Source of the DNA: Rikenellaceae bacterium
GTDB lineage: Bacteria > Bacteroidota > Bacteroidia > Bacteroidales > Rikenellaceae
NCBI GenBank assembly: GCA_017935625.1
Contig: JAGBHC010000027.1
Span: 17,913 to 81,912 of the forward strand
Direction: 5' to 3'
DNA length: 64,000 nucleotides
The position numbers and the translations under genes were made by a program. Shown piece by piece: positions 45,160-55,457 of this stretch. Numbering within the stretch: the stretch's first letter is position 1; every line of letters starts with the position of its first letter. The notes below the pieces were generated by a model. It was given only the letters and a program-made list of their open reading frames with translations, did not search any database and was not told the DNA's origin.

Positions 45160-48015
45160 ATGAAAAATTTCGCACTCTCAAGTTTGTTTACGGCTGCGGT
45201 ACTCTGCCTCTGGACGGCAGCGCCGGCCCAAAACAAGGCGACGGTAAACATCAAGGGGCATGTGGTCGCTTACCCCGAAAACCAGAAAGAGGGGAAAGAG
45301 GCCGTACCGTTCGCAGTTGTGCTGCTGCCCGACCTCAATGTCGCCGCGACGACCGATTCCGAAGGAGCGTTCGAACTCAAGAAACTCGCTCCCGATACTT
45401 ATAAAGTACAGGTCTCCTCGCTGGGTTACGAAACCCTCGATACCACCATCCTCGTATCCGCCGCAAAGACGGAATACGATTTCGTACTCCGCCAGTCGAA
45501 CTTCCGCATGGAGGAGGTCGTGGTGACGGCCCGCACTTCGAAGGCGGGTGCCTCGACCGCTTCGGTCATCTCCAAGGCGGCCATGGAGCACATGCAGGCC
45601 ACTTCGCTTTCGGATATCATGTCGCTCATGCCGGGCGGTTCGACCACCCGTCCCGACCTGCAGGGCGTATCGACCGCTTCGGTGCGCGGCGGAAGCAGCC
45701 TCGGCACGGCGGTCATCATGGACGGTTCGCCGCTCTCCAACAACGCCAACATGCAGATGCTGTCGGGTGCGATGGGTGCCTCTTCGACAAAAACCGGAGC
45801 AGTCACTCCGTCCAGCGGCGTGGACCTGCGTACCATCACCACCGATAACATCGAGAGCATCGAGGTAATCCGCGGCGTGGCTCCCGTCGAGTACGGCGAC
45901 ATCACCTCCGGCGCCATCATCGTCAATTCCAAGGCCGGACGCCAGCCGCTGACCGTCAAGCTCAACATCAACCCCAATGTCTACTCGGTATCGGCCACCC
46001 AGGGTTTCGCTCTGGGCAAGAAGGCCGGCAACATCAACTACGGCGCCGACTACGCATACAGTATGGCCGACCCCCGCGAGGGATACGACTTCTACCAGCG
46101 CGTCACCGGCCGCATGGGCTACACCAACACCTTCGGCCGCCTGTACACCAACACCTCGCTGAGCATGCTGTGGACCAAAGACAAGGGCGAACCCAACCCC
46201 GACGACTCGCAGGATAAGGAGACCTCCAATCAGCGCGACTGGGGCCTGCGCTTCAACACCAACGGAACCTACAACGTGAACAACGGCTGGTTCAAGAACA
46301 TCCAGTACAACGTGTCGTTCGGATACACCAACCGCAAGAGCTTCTACGAGAACGAAGCCACCAACGCCGACGTTCCCTACTCCTACTCCAAGACCGACGG
46401 CACCGTGCTTTCGAGCTACCCCGGCGGACATATCTACGACGACCAGGGCAACGAAATCACCAACTTCGGCACTTCGCCCAACGGCATTTTCCGTGCCTGG
46501 ATGCTGCCCGCCACCTATACCTACAACTACAACCTCTACGGCAAGGAGCTCAACACTTTCGTCAAGGTGAAAGCCAACTTCGCAGGCAAGCTGGGGGCAA
46601 CGCACCACCGCATGGTCGTGGGCGTCGATTTCAAGAGCGACGGCAACCTGGGCCGCGGCAAGGTCTTCGACCTGGACAATCCGCCCTACCGAAACGTAAG
46701 CTACACCTTCGGCACCCAGCGCGAACGCGCGTTCAAGGACATTCCGTTCGTCAATCAGTTCGGCGCGTTCTTCGAGGAGAATTTCCGCGCCACCATCCTG
46801 GGACGCGAACTGAACATCGCAGCGGGCGTGCGTTACGACCACACGCTGGATTTCGGCGGAGGATTCTCCCCGCGCGTGAACGTGGCCTATGAGATTCTGC
46901 CCAAGAAACTGAGCGTGCATGCCGCCTACGGTATCACCCGCAAGGCGCCCACCCTGGCCTATCTCTATCCCGACGACGCCTACTTCGATATCCTGAACTT
47001 CAACAACGCCTCCTCTTCGAAGGTGCCCGACGCACAGAAGATGCAGCTGGTGACCACCCGCGTCTTCGATGCCAAGAACTACGACCTGAAGATGGCCCGT
47101 CAGGACAAATACGAAATCGGTCTGAACGCCCACATCGGCAAGATGAGCTTCTCGGTGGTGGCCTACTACGACGAGATGCTCAACGGCTACCGGTTCGACA
47201 AGACGCCCGACACCTTCAAGTCGGTGGACCTCATCGAATACAACGCCACCTACCCCACCGACGGGACGAGCGCTCCGATTCTGACCCAGAAGGCCAGCAA
47301 CAAATACCTGCTGGAGTACACCACGGCCACCAACAACAGCGCCTATACGCGTCAGGGAGTCGAGTTCGACTTCAACTTCGGCCGAATCGACGCCATCCGC
47401 ACCTCGTTCATCCTCAACGGCAACATCTACACCCACAAGTCGTGGAACCGGGGTTACCTGTTCTACAACCGGGTCAAGACCAACGACTACTCCCAGTATC
47501 CCGATATGGGCGTATTCAACAGCAAAGACGCATACGGAGTCGGCTATACCGAGAACTTCATCACCAACCTCATCGTAACCCACAACATCCCCAAAATCGG
47601 ATTCGTGATTACGGCGACCGCCAACGTGAACTGGCGGCACAAGAGCTGGGATACCTACGCAGAGGACGATATCGTGCCCATCGCCTACATTTCGCGTCTG
47701 GACGGCAAGATGTACGACTTCGACAAATCGTGGGCAGACCCCTCGTCGGCCCGCTACGAGGAGTTCCGCTACCTGCTGCGCGACGAAGCGGTGGACCCGC
47801 TGCGCAGACTCCACGAAAAGGCCTATTCGCCCATACTCTGCATGAACCTGAACATCACCAAGCAGTTCGGCGACATGTTCGACGTGTCGTTCTTCGCCAA
47901 CAACATGTTCCGGAGCACCCCGGTTCACACTTCGAGCATCAACCCCAGTCACCACACCAGACGGAACGCCAATCTCTTCTTCTTCGGATTGCAGATAAAC
48001 GCGAGAATCAAATAA
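45160..48015 (+). CDS. TonB-dependent receptor (non-SusC type) with a CarboxypepD_reg-like N-domain
   Basis: 951 aa with a signal peptide. ATVNIKGHVV...TDSEGAFELKKLAPDTYKVQVSSLGYE, plug region (EEVVVTAR...SVISKAAMEHMQATSLSDIMSLMPG...IESIEVIRG), and a long beta-barrel. Confidence 0.9.
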   Translation: MKNFALSSLFTAAVLCLWTAAPAQNKATVNIKGHVVAYPENQKEGKEAVPFAVVLLPDLNVAATTDSEGAFELKKLAPDTYKVQVSSLGYETLDTTILVSAAKTEYDFVLRQSNFRMEEVVVTARTSKAGASTASVISKAAMEHMQATSLSDIMSLMPGGSTTRPDLQGVSTASVRGGSSLGTAVIMDGSPLSNNANMQMLSGAMGASSTKTGAVTPSSGVDLRTITTDNIESIEVIRGVAPVEYGDITSGAIIVNSKAGRQPLTVKLNINPNVYSVSATQGFALGKKAGNINYGADYAYSMADPREGYDFYQRVTGRMGYTNTFGRLYTNTSLSMLWTKDKGEPNPDDSQDKETSNQRDWGLRFNTNGTYNVNNGWFKNIQYNVSFGYTNRKSFYENEATNADVPYSYSKTDGTVLSSYPGGHIYDDQGNEITNFGTSPNGIFRAWMLPATYTYNYNLYGKELNTFVKVKANFAGKLGATHHRMVVGVDFKSDGNLGRGKVFDLDNPPYRNVSYTFGTQRERAFKDIPFVNQFGAFFEENFRATILGRELNIAAGVRYDHTLDFGGGFSPRVNVAYEILPKKLSVHAAYGITRKAPTLAYLYPDDAYFDILNFNNASSSKVPDAQKMQLVTTRVFDAKNYDLKMARQDKYEIGLNAHIGKMSFSVVAYYDEMLNGYRFDKTPDTFKSVDLIEYNATYPTDGTSAPILTQKASNKYLLEYTTATNNSAYTRQGVEFDFNFGRIDAIRTSFILNGNIYTHKSWNRGYLFYNRVKTNDYSQYPDMGVFNSKDAYGVGYTENFITNLIVTHNIPKIGFVITATANVNWRHKSWDTYAEDDIVPIAYISRLDGKMYDFDKSWADPSSARYEEFRYLLRDEAVDPLRRLHEKAYSPILCMNLNITKQFGDMFDVSFFANNMFRSTPVHTSSINPSHHTRRNANLFFFGLQINARIK

Positions 48016-48034
48016 CCAAAACCGAAACAAGCGT

Positions 48035-49303
48035 ATGAAAAATTACCTCAAAATAGCATTCAGCATCTCATCCGCCGCAGCGCTCTGTTCCTGCGTCGGC
48101 ATGATGGACGACGCACAGAACGTCCCCGTCATCGAGCCCATCACCGTCTCCTACAAGGTCAGCGCGGCCACCGGGTTCATTCCCAAGGGCGGCATCGTGG
48201 ACCCCGACCCCTCGTTCTCGACACAGGGCGTGACGGTCTCCTTCCTGGAGAGCGCGACGGGTGCCGTGACCACCGGAGTGACCGACGCCGACTGCGTGGC
48301 CACCGTGGAACTCATCCCCGGCGACTACACCATTTCGGTCACCGGCAAAGTCGAGAACGACGGCACGGAGTACTACCTCAACGGCTCCATCAATTCGGTT
48401 TCGCTCGTCAAGGACATCAGCAAGCAGGAGGCAATGGCCAGCTCCGGACTGGTGGTGCGGCCCGCCAAAGTGGGTTCGCTCTGCATCTCCGAAATCTACT
48501 ACTGCGGCATCGCACCCTACTACTTCCGCGACCAGACCTACCAAATCTACAACAACGGCAACCAGGTGGAGTATCTCGACGGACTGTGCTTCGCCCAGCT
48601 CCATCCCAACATCGCCAGCGCCACCTCGGTTCCGCCCGTATGGCCCGACGAAGAGGGTGAGAACAACTACGTCTACGGACTGATGGTATGGCAATTCCCC
48701 GGCTCGGGACAGGAGTATCCCCTGCAGCCCGGCGAATCGGTGGTGGTCGTACAGGAGGCCCGCGACCACCGGGAGAACAACCCCGCCTCGTTCGACAACT
48801 CGATGGCCGACTGGGAGTGCTGGACCGGAAACGTACAGCGCGACAACCCCGACGTGGAGAACATGCCGCTGCTCTATGCCCAGTCGCTCAACAAACTGCA
48901 GTGGCTGACCTCGGTTTTCGGCGCCGCATTCTGCATCTACCGCGCCGACGACGGCACCGTGCTCGACGAAGCCTACTACAAGGACAAGAACAACACGCAG
49001 ACCGAGGTGAACAAGAGCAGCCGCTACGCCCGAATCCCCGCCTCCTACATTCTGGACGGCGTGGAGCTGATGCCCAACATGGACATCCTCGACAAGAAGC
49101 GCATTCCCGGATTCGTGGATGCCGGAGCCGCTTCGGTGGGCGATACCTACTGCGGCAAGGTGGTGGCCCGCAAAGTGGTGGGAACCCGCCCCGACGGCAC
49201 TCCCATCTTCTCCGACACCAACAACTCGACCGACGACTTCGAAGTGCTCGATTCGCCGATGATTCGCCGTTACGGACAGAAAGCACCCGCATGGAGCAAA
49301 TAG
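48035..49303 (+). CDS. Lipoprotein: N-terminal Ig-like region plus a lamin-tail(LTD)-like domain. I recall such proteins being annotated DUF4876.
   Basis: 422 aa with lipobox AALCSC. LCISEIYYCG...YQIYNNGNQVEYLDGLCFAQL resembles the LTD core (ISEi....E.velyN.g...vdL.G). Lies 19 bp after the receptor gene. Confidence 0.6.
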   Translation: MKNYLKIAFSISSAAALCSCVGMMDDAQNVPVIEPITVSYKVSAATGFIPKGGIVDPDPSFSTQGVTVSFLESATGAVTTGVTDADCVATVELIPGDYTISVTGKVENDGTEYYLNGSINSVSLVKDISKQEAMASSGLVVRPAKVGSLCISEIYYCGIAPYYFRDQTYQIYNNGNQVEYLDGLCFAQLHPNIASATSVPPVWPDEEGENNYVYGLMVWQFPGSGQEYPLQPGESVVVVQEARDHRENNPASFDNSMADWECWTGNVQRDNPDVENMPLLYAQSLNKLQWLTSVFGAAFCIYRADDGTVLDEAYYKDKNNTQTEVNKSSRYARIPASYILDGVELMPNMDILDKKRIPGFVDAGAASVGDTYCGKVVARKVVGTRPDGTPIFSDTNNSTDDFEVLDSPMIRRYGQKAPAWSK

Positions 49304-49334
49304 CCACTCGAATGCCTTTAACTAAAACAGAGCA

Positions 49335-50942
49335 ATGACAATGAAGAAAAACACATACTACAAGGCAGCGGGCTGCTTATCGCTGGCGATGGCTGCCGTA
49401 ATGCCCGCATCGGCCCAGAACACCACCACCGCTTCGGTCGAGAGGCAGAAGCTGGAGAACATCTGGGTGAACAACACCGACAACGCCGCAGCCGGCGTAA
49501 TCGACGCCCCCTCCCGTTACAGTCTCAGCGACCTGAACTTCGGCATGACCAAAGGCGACTTCAAACGCGTACAGCAGGGCAAGGACAACAACTCCGTGGG
49601 ATTCCACACCGAAGGCGGCGGCATCTACGAGAAGATGGGCGGCATGTACCTCTGGGGCGAATTCTCCTACTCCAGAGACCGCATCAAGGGCGCCCGCTTC
49701 AACGCCTCGCTCATCGACCCGCTGCGCGGCATGCCCTTCCTGCTGGCCGACAGCACCGCCAGCAAGTGGATTAACCAGGACTACTCGATGCGCATGAAGG
49801 TGGCTTTCCCCAAACTCTTCGACTGCCTGACCCTCGGCGTGGGAGCCTCCTACCAGAATGCGCAGGGAGCCAAGCAGGTGGACCCCCGTCCCCTGATGCG
49901 GCTCTCCAAAATCGGAGTGACCCCGTCGGCCGTGGTGGAAATCGGCAAACACAACTTCCTGGGCGCCCACTTCGACTACTACAACCGGCGCGAAGACGGC
50001 AACCCCACCAACACCAACAACCGCGTCAATCAGGCGGGATGGGACTTCGTGGCGCCCGGATTCTTCCAGACCGGCGAATTCGGTTCCTTCAGCAGCCTCA
50101 GTTCCAAGCGCTTCTACAACGCCAACGCCATGGGCGGCGGAGTGCAGTACGGTTTCAAGAACGACCGGCTCAACCTGCTCGTCTCGGGCAGCTACATGCA
50201 GAAAGTGGAGGACGTGGACAACCAGTACAGCGGCGAATCGACCGCCTCCATCCGTAAAATGATAGGCACCGTGAAGGAAGAGCTCTGGAACGGCAAACTG
50301 GTGGCCAACTACACCTTCAACTCGGGGAACATCCTGGCCCTGAACATCGGCTACACCGACAAGAGCATCGACGGCATCGAGTATCTCCAGACCTATGACA
50401 ACTCCTTCGACGTGCAGGCCTGGATTATCAACGCCAAGTTCACCCGCTCGAACTTCTCGACCAAGCAGACCGACGTGAAACTCGACTACATGGTCACCGA
50501 CGACGGCAACAGCTACAAGTGGTGGATGGGCGCCCAGTACACCAAGCTCACCGACGGATACGTCTACTACCAGCCCCGCTCGACGCAGGACGTCGAAACC
50601 GCCGTGCTCGGTGCGTTCGTCTCGCGCAACATCCGCCTGTGCGACCGCCACGCGCTGACCCTCACCGTAAACGGAGGCTATTCGACCAACCGCAGCGGCG
50701 AACTCGACTACCACGGTTACAAGGCCGACAACGTCGGATTCACCATGCTCACGCTCAAGGACTTCGAGTTCCTGTGCACCGACTACGCCAAATTCGGCGG
50801 CGAGGTGACCTACACCTTCTCGGGATTCAAGAATCCGTCGATGTCGCTCTACGTAACCGCCGACTTCGACTACTACAAGCCCGACTCGGAAATCTTCTCG
50901 AAACGCACCTTCACCAATTTCAAAGTCGGTGTCGCATTCTAA
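49335..50942 (+). CDS. Outer-membrane beta-barrel protein. I recall such neighbours being annotated DUF6850.
   Basis: 535 aa. Signal peptide ending ASAQ, alternating-hydrophobic strand pattern throughout, and a C-terminal ...FKVGVAF with terminal Phe. Confidence 0.65.
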   Translation: MTMKKNTYYKAAGCLSLAMAAVMPASAQNTTTASVERQKLENIWVNNTDNAAAGVIDAPSRYSLSDLNFGMTKGDFKRVQQGKDNNSVGFHTEGGGIYEKMGGMYLWGEFSYSRDRIKGARFNASLIDPLRGMPFLLADSTASKWINQDYSMRMKVAFPKLFDCLTLGVGASYQNAQGAKQVDPRPLMRLSKIGVTPSAVVEIGKHNFLGAHFDYYNRREDGNPTNTNNRVNQAGWDFVAPGFFQTGEFGSFSSLSSKRFYNANAMGGGVQYGFKNDRLNLLVSGSYMQKVEDVDNQYSGESTASIRKMIGTVKEELWNGKLVANYTFNSGNILALNIGYTDKSIDGIEYLQTYDNSFDVQAWIINAKFTRSNFSTKQTDVKLDYMVTDDGNSYKWWMGAQYTKLTDGYVYYQPRSTQDVETAVLGAFVSRNIRLCDRHALTLTVNGGYSTNRSGELDYHGYKADNVGFTMLTLKDFEFLCTDYAKFGGEVTYTFSGFKNPSMSLYVTADFDYYKPDSEIFSKRTFTNFKVGVAF

Positions 50943-50965
50943 AAACACCCATACCAATCGGATAG

Positions 50966-51004
50966 CGATAGGACTACCCCCTCACGGGGCCGGTAGTCCT
51001 ATCG
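50966..51004 (+). terminator. Strong hairpin between the barrel gene and paralogue 1 (partial terminator, processing site or attenuator)
   Basis: cgataggactacc / ggtagtcctatcg 13-bp stem, extendable by cc/gg, followed only by gtattt. Confidence 0.4.
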
Positions 51005-51038
51005 GTATTTAACTCAAACCACAAAAACATGTCGGCTT

Positions 51039-53222
51039 ATGAACCGTAAAACATTTTTCATTCCGGTGTTTCTGACCGTCGCAACGGCTTTCGGCCCCGC
51101 TGCGGCCCGCGACATCGAGAAACCCTCCGTGAAAGGCAAAACCAGTTTCGCCGTGGTGGTGGACAAAACCACGCTCGAACGATGCCGTACCCAAATCGAC
51201 GCCTACAAGCGCACCGTCGAAAGCGAGGGCCTGCCCACCTACATCATCTCGGACGACTGGACCTCGCCCGAACAGATAAAAGAGATATTGCAGGAGCTCC
51301 ACCTCTCCGACCGGCTCGAAGGAGCGTTCCTGGTGGGAGACGTTCCCATCGCCATGGTCACCAAGGCCCAGCACATGACCTCGGCCTTCAAGATGGACGA
51401 ACGCAAATTCCCGCTGCGCGAGGTGTCGGTTCCCACCGACCGCTTCTACGACGACTTCGACCTGGAGTTCGAGCCCATCCGGGATTCGACCGACGGCCTG
51501 ATGCACTTCTACCGCCTCAGCCCCACCTCGCCCCAGTACATCGAATGCGACATCTACACCGGCCGCATCAAGGCCCAGGAGAGCAACGGCGACAAATATC
51601 GCCAGATAAGCGACTACCTGGCCAAGGCCGTGGCGGCGCACAAGGAGCACAACCCGTTCGACACCTTCGTCTCCTACACGGGACACGGCTCCTACTCGGA
51701 CTGCATCACCGCCTGGCGGGCCGAACAGCAGATTCTGCAGGAGCAGTTCCCGGGCGTATTCACCCGCACCAACACCGCCAAGTTCCTGCGCTACTCGATG
51801 GAGCCCTACATGAAAGAGAGCGTCATCCGCGAGCTGCGCCGTCCGGACCTCGACTTCATGGTCTTCCACGAGCACGGCATGCCCGAACGCCAGTACCTCT
51901 CGGCCATTCCCCAGCAGAGCGACCTCGACCAGACCGAGTTCATCAAGACCTCCCTGCGCGAACGGATGAGACGGAGCTCGGCCGCCTCACGCGCTTCGGC
52001 CCTCAGAATCGCCGAAGAGTGGGGACTCGACTCGACCTGGTATGCCGGAGCCGACGACCCGCAGCTGATTGCGCTCGACTCGCTGGCCGACCTGAAGACC
52101 GGCATCATCGTGGAAGAGGTGAACGACATCGCTCCCAACGCACGGATGGTCATCTTCGACGCCTGCTATAACGGCGACTACCGCGAAGGAGACTTCATCG
52201 CCGGCAAATACATCTTCTCCCCGGGCAAGTGCGTGGCCGCTTTCGCCAACAGCGTGAACGTGCTGCAGGACAAGTCGGCCTTCGACCTGCTCGGACTGCT
52301 CGGCGAGGGCATCCGGCTGGGCAACTGGGCCAAGCACATCAACATCCTCGAATCGCACATCATCGGTGACCCCACCTACCACTTCACCGCCCGCCAGGGC
52401 GCCGAGGACATCAACGCCGCGATGGCCATCGACGAGAGCGGCTACTGGAAAGGCCGGCTCGACGACCCCAATCCCGAAATCCAGAACGTGGCCATGATGA
52501 AGCTCGTGCGCAACGACTATCCCGGCATTTCGGACATCCTCTACGGCAAAATGTGCTCGTCGCCCTATGCCATCGTGCGCTACAACGCGCTGGTGCAGCT
52601 CGAGAAACTCAACGACGAGAACTACCGCAAGGCGCTCATCCGCGGCACGGACGACAACTTCGAGTTCATCCGCCGAATCAGCACCCACCGCATGGGCATG
52701 TGCGGAGACGACCGCTTCCTGCCCTATCTGGTGGCAGCCTACGTAAACGACAACTACGCCGCCCGCATGACCTTCAACATCACTTCGGCCCTGCTCTGCT
52801 TCGACAAACACTCCGCCCTGAAGGCCATCGACGAGTGGTTCGCCGGCAAGAAGTTCTACAACGCCGAAAAATACAGACAGCGCCTCGTCGCCCTGGTGTC
52901 GGACGACCCTGCGGGCGAATCGCTCGAGGAGATTAAAGACCCCTCGGCCTCGCTCTCCTACCGCATCGCACGAATCAGCTTCCTGCGCAACCGGCCCTAC
53001 CACCAGATTACCGACGGACTGCTGGAGGTGCTCGCCGACCGGAACGCCGACCCGCAGCTGCGCCATCGAATCATCGAATCGCTGGCCTGGTACCGCCTCT
53101 CGGCCGAGCGGCCCAAAATCCTCGCCGCACTGGAGAAGATGCTGGCCGAGAAAGATTTCCCCACTCCCGAAACCGAACGCGAACTGACCCGTGCCTGCAC
53201 CCGTCTGTGCTCTGCCAAATAG
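51039..53222 (+). CDS. Secreted gingipain-fold (peptidase C25-like) domain protein with C-terminal HEAT-like repeats, paralogue 1 of 3
   Basis: 727 aa with a Sec signal (...GPAAARD). LVGDVPI, PTDRFYDDFD, IYTGRI, SYTGHGSYSD, FHEHG, VIFDACYNGDY and IIGDPTYHF follow the order of C25 motifs. The C-terminal roughly 260 aa are helical repeats. Confidence 0.65.
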   Translation: MNRKTFFIPVFLTVATAFGPAAARDIEKPSVKGKTSFAVVVDKTTLERCRTQIDAYKRTVESEGLPTYIISDDWTSPEQIKEILQELHLSDRLEGAFLVGDVPIAMVTKAQHMTSAFKMDERKFPLREVSVPTDRFYDDFDLEFEPIRDSTDGLMHFYRLSPTSPQYIECDIYTGRIKAQESNGDKYRQISDYLAKAVAAHKEHNPFDTFVSYTGHGSYSDCITAWRAEQQILQEQFPGVFTRTNTAKFLRYSMEPYMKESVIRELRRPDLDFMVFHEHGMPERQYLSAIPQQSDLDQTEFIKTSLRERMRRSSAASRASALRIAEEWGLDSTWYAGADDPQLIALDSLADLKTGIIVEEVNDIAPNARMVIFDACYNGDYREGDFIAGKYIFSPGKCVAAFANSVNVLQDKSAFDLLGLLGEGIRLGNWAKHINILESHIIGDPTYHFTARQGAEDINAAMAIDESGYWKGRLDDPNPEIQNVAMMKLVRNDYPGISDILYGKMCSSPYAIVRYNALVQLEKLNDENYRKALIRGTDDNFEFIRRISTHRMGMCGDDRFLPYLVAAYVNDNYAARMTFNITSALLCFDKHSALKAIDEWFAGKKFYNAEKYRQRLVALVSDDPAGESLEEIKDPSASLSYRIARISFLRNRPYHQITDGLLEVLADRNADPQLRHRIIESLAWYRLSAERPKILAALEKMLAEKDFPTPETERELTRACTRLCSAK

Positions 53223-53249
53223 TTTCACCTTTATAAAAGTTATCAAACG

Positions 53250-55427
53250 ATGAAAAGATTATCCATACTCATAACCGTCATGCTCTGCGTCTCGACCCTC
53301 GCAGCGCAGGTAAAGGTGACAAAACCCCTGAGCAAACAGAGCAACTCGTTCGCCATCGTCACCGACCAGACCACCTTCGACAAAGTCGGCCGGCAGCTGC
53401 TGGCCTATCGCGATGCGCTGGAGGCCGACGGACTCTCGACCTACATCGTCAGCGGCCGCTGGGAGAACCCCGACCAGGTGCGCGACCAAATCGGCAAACT
53501 CTACGCCCGGAGCCGCAACCTGGAGGGAATCGTGCTGGTGGGCGACATCCCCTATGTGATGGTGCGCAACGCCCAGCACATGACCACGGCCTTCAAGATG
53601 GACGAGGAGAAGTTCCCCATCGACCAGTCGTCGGTGGCTTCGGACCGCTTCTACGACGACCTGCACCTGAGCTTCGAGTTCCTGGAGCGCGACTCGCTGG
53701 AGCCCCTCAGATTCTACTACAAACTCTCCGAGAACTCGCCCCAGCAGCTGGCGCCCAACTTCTATTCGGGCCGTATATTCTACCCCCCGCAGCTGGGCGG
53801 CGACAAGTACGAGGCCATCGCCCGCTTTCTGGAAAAGGCGGTGGAGGCCAAGCGCAATCCCGACCCGCTGGACCACATCGTCACCTTCGCCGGACACGGT
53901 TACAACAGCGACTGCCTGCTGGTATGGCAGGACGAGAAGATTGCCATGAAGGAGAACTTCCCCTTCACCGGCAAAACCAACCTCTCGGCCAAGCACCTCA
54001 ACTTCCGCATGGAGCAGTACATGAAGTATAAGCTCTTCGACGAGCTGCAGCGTCCGGAGGTGGACGTGTTCCTCTTCAACGAGCACGGCTCCATCGACAA
54101 GCAGCACATCTCGGGAGGCTCCTCCATCGAGACCGTGCAGGACCGTCTGGCAATGCTTCGCGCATCCATCGAGATGCAGCTGCTCTTCACCCCCAAAGGC
54201 AAGCGTGAGGAGGCCCGCCGGCAAATCATGCAGGAGATGGGCCTCGGCGAGAAGTTCTTCGAAGCCGGAACCGGAGAGGAAGAGACGGACGGGGAGGCCA
54301 CCGACGAGAATATCATCAGCCTCGACGACCTGAAGGGATTCAACCCCCAGCCCCGCTTCGTCATGTTCAACGCCTGCTACAACGGCTCGTTCCACCGGCC
54401 GGGCAATATCGCCGGCTACTACATCTTCGGAGAGGGCCGCACCATCGCCACACAGGGCAACACGGTGAACGTCCTGCAGGACAAGTGGACCTACGAGATG
54501 GTGGGCCTCATTTCGCACGGCGTGCGCATCGGCGAATACAACCGTCAGATTGCCACCCTGGAGGGCCACATCGTGGGTGACCCCACGTTCCACTTCGCCG
54601 ACAGCGAGGGATGCACCCTGCGGCGCGACATCGTAGCCAAGGGCGGCGACGCGGCCTACTGGCGCACGCTGCTCGACGCCCCCTATGCCGACATCCGCTC
54701 CATCGCCCTGCGCAAGCTGACCGACCTGGGAGCCATCTCCTCGGCCGAAATAGTGGCCCGAATGAAGGAGTCGCCCTTCGCCACCACCCGCATGGAGTGC
54801 CTCAAACTGCTGAGCCGCTTCCGCGACGACGCCTACGTGGAGGGCATCCGCCTGGGACTCTACGACAGCTATGAACTCACCCGCCGCAACGCAGCCGACT
54901 ACGCCTGGCGGGCGGGCGACCCGCGGCTGGTTCCCGCCATCATGGACGTACTGGTCAGATATCCCGAATCGCAACGCGTGAACTACCTGTTGCAGAAGGC
55001 CGTGAACCTCTACCCCGCCGACGGGCTCATCGCCGAGCTCGAGCGCATGAAACCCACGCTCACCGACGCCGACCCCGAACAGGCCGCAGCCCGCATCCGC
55101 GAAATGATAGAGGAGCAGCGGTCGGCCAAGGAGAAGACCATGCAGGCGCTGCTCGACAAGCAGGCCCCGCTGGCCCGGCGCATCCAGTCGGCACGCTACG
55201 TCCGCAACTACACCTATCACGAATACGTACCCCAGCTGCTGGCGCTGGTCGGCGACTCCGCCGAAGAGCTCAGCCTGCGCGTGAACGTGGCCGAAGCGCT
55301 GGGATGGTTCAACAAATCGGTCTCCTACGATGAAATCGCCCGGGGATGCCGGCAGCTGCTCGAAAACCCGGCCCTCGAACCGCAGCTGCGCAAGGAGCTC
55401 GTCCAGACCCTGAACCGGCTCAAATAA
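53250..55427 (+). CDS. Secreted gingipain-fold/HEAT-like repeat protein, paralogue 2 of 3
   Basis: 725 aa with signal ...STLAAQ. LVGDIPY, ASDRFYDDLH, FYSGRI, TFAGHGYNSD, FNEHG, VMFNACYNGSF and IVGDPTFHF. C-terminal repeats (DIRSIALRKL..., LSLRVNVAEALGWF...). Confidence 0.65.
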   Translation: MKRLSILITVMLCVSTLAAQVKVTKPLSKQSNSFAIVTDQTTFDKVGRQLLAYRDALEADGLSTYIVSGRWENPDQVRDQIGKLYARSRNLEGIVLVGDIPYVMVRNAQHMTTAFKMDEEKFPIDQSSVASDRFYDDLHLSFEFLERDSLEPLRFYYKLSENSPQQLAPNFYSGRIFYPPQLGGDKYEAIARFLEKAVEAKRNPDPLDHIVTFAGHGYNSDCLLVWQDEKIAMKENFPFTGKTNLSAKHLNFRMEQYMKYKLFDELQRPEVDVFLFNEHGSIDKQHISGGSSIETVQDRLAMLRASIEMQLLFTPKGKREEARRQIMQEMGLGEKFFEAGTGEEETDGEATDENIISLDDLKGFNPQPRFVMFNACYNGSFHRPGNIAGYYIFGEGRTIATQGNTVNVLQDKWTYEMVGLISHGVRIGEYNRQIATLEGHIVGDPTFHFADSEGCTLRRDIVAKGGDAAYWRTLLDAPYADIRSIALRKLTDLGAISSAEIVARMKESPFATTRMECLKLLSRFRDDAYVEGIRLGLYDSYELTRRNAADYAWRAGDPRLVPAIMDVLVRYPESQRVNYLLQKAVNLYPADGLIAELERMKPTLTDADPEQAAARIREMIEEQRSAKEKTMQALLDKQAPLARRIQSARYVRNYTYHEYVPQLLALVGDSAEELSLRVNVAEALGWFNKSVSYDEIARGCRQLLENPALEPQLRKELVQTLNRLK

Positions 55428-55457
55428 CCCGCTGAAAGACAACACAAACTTCCAACC

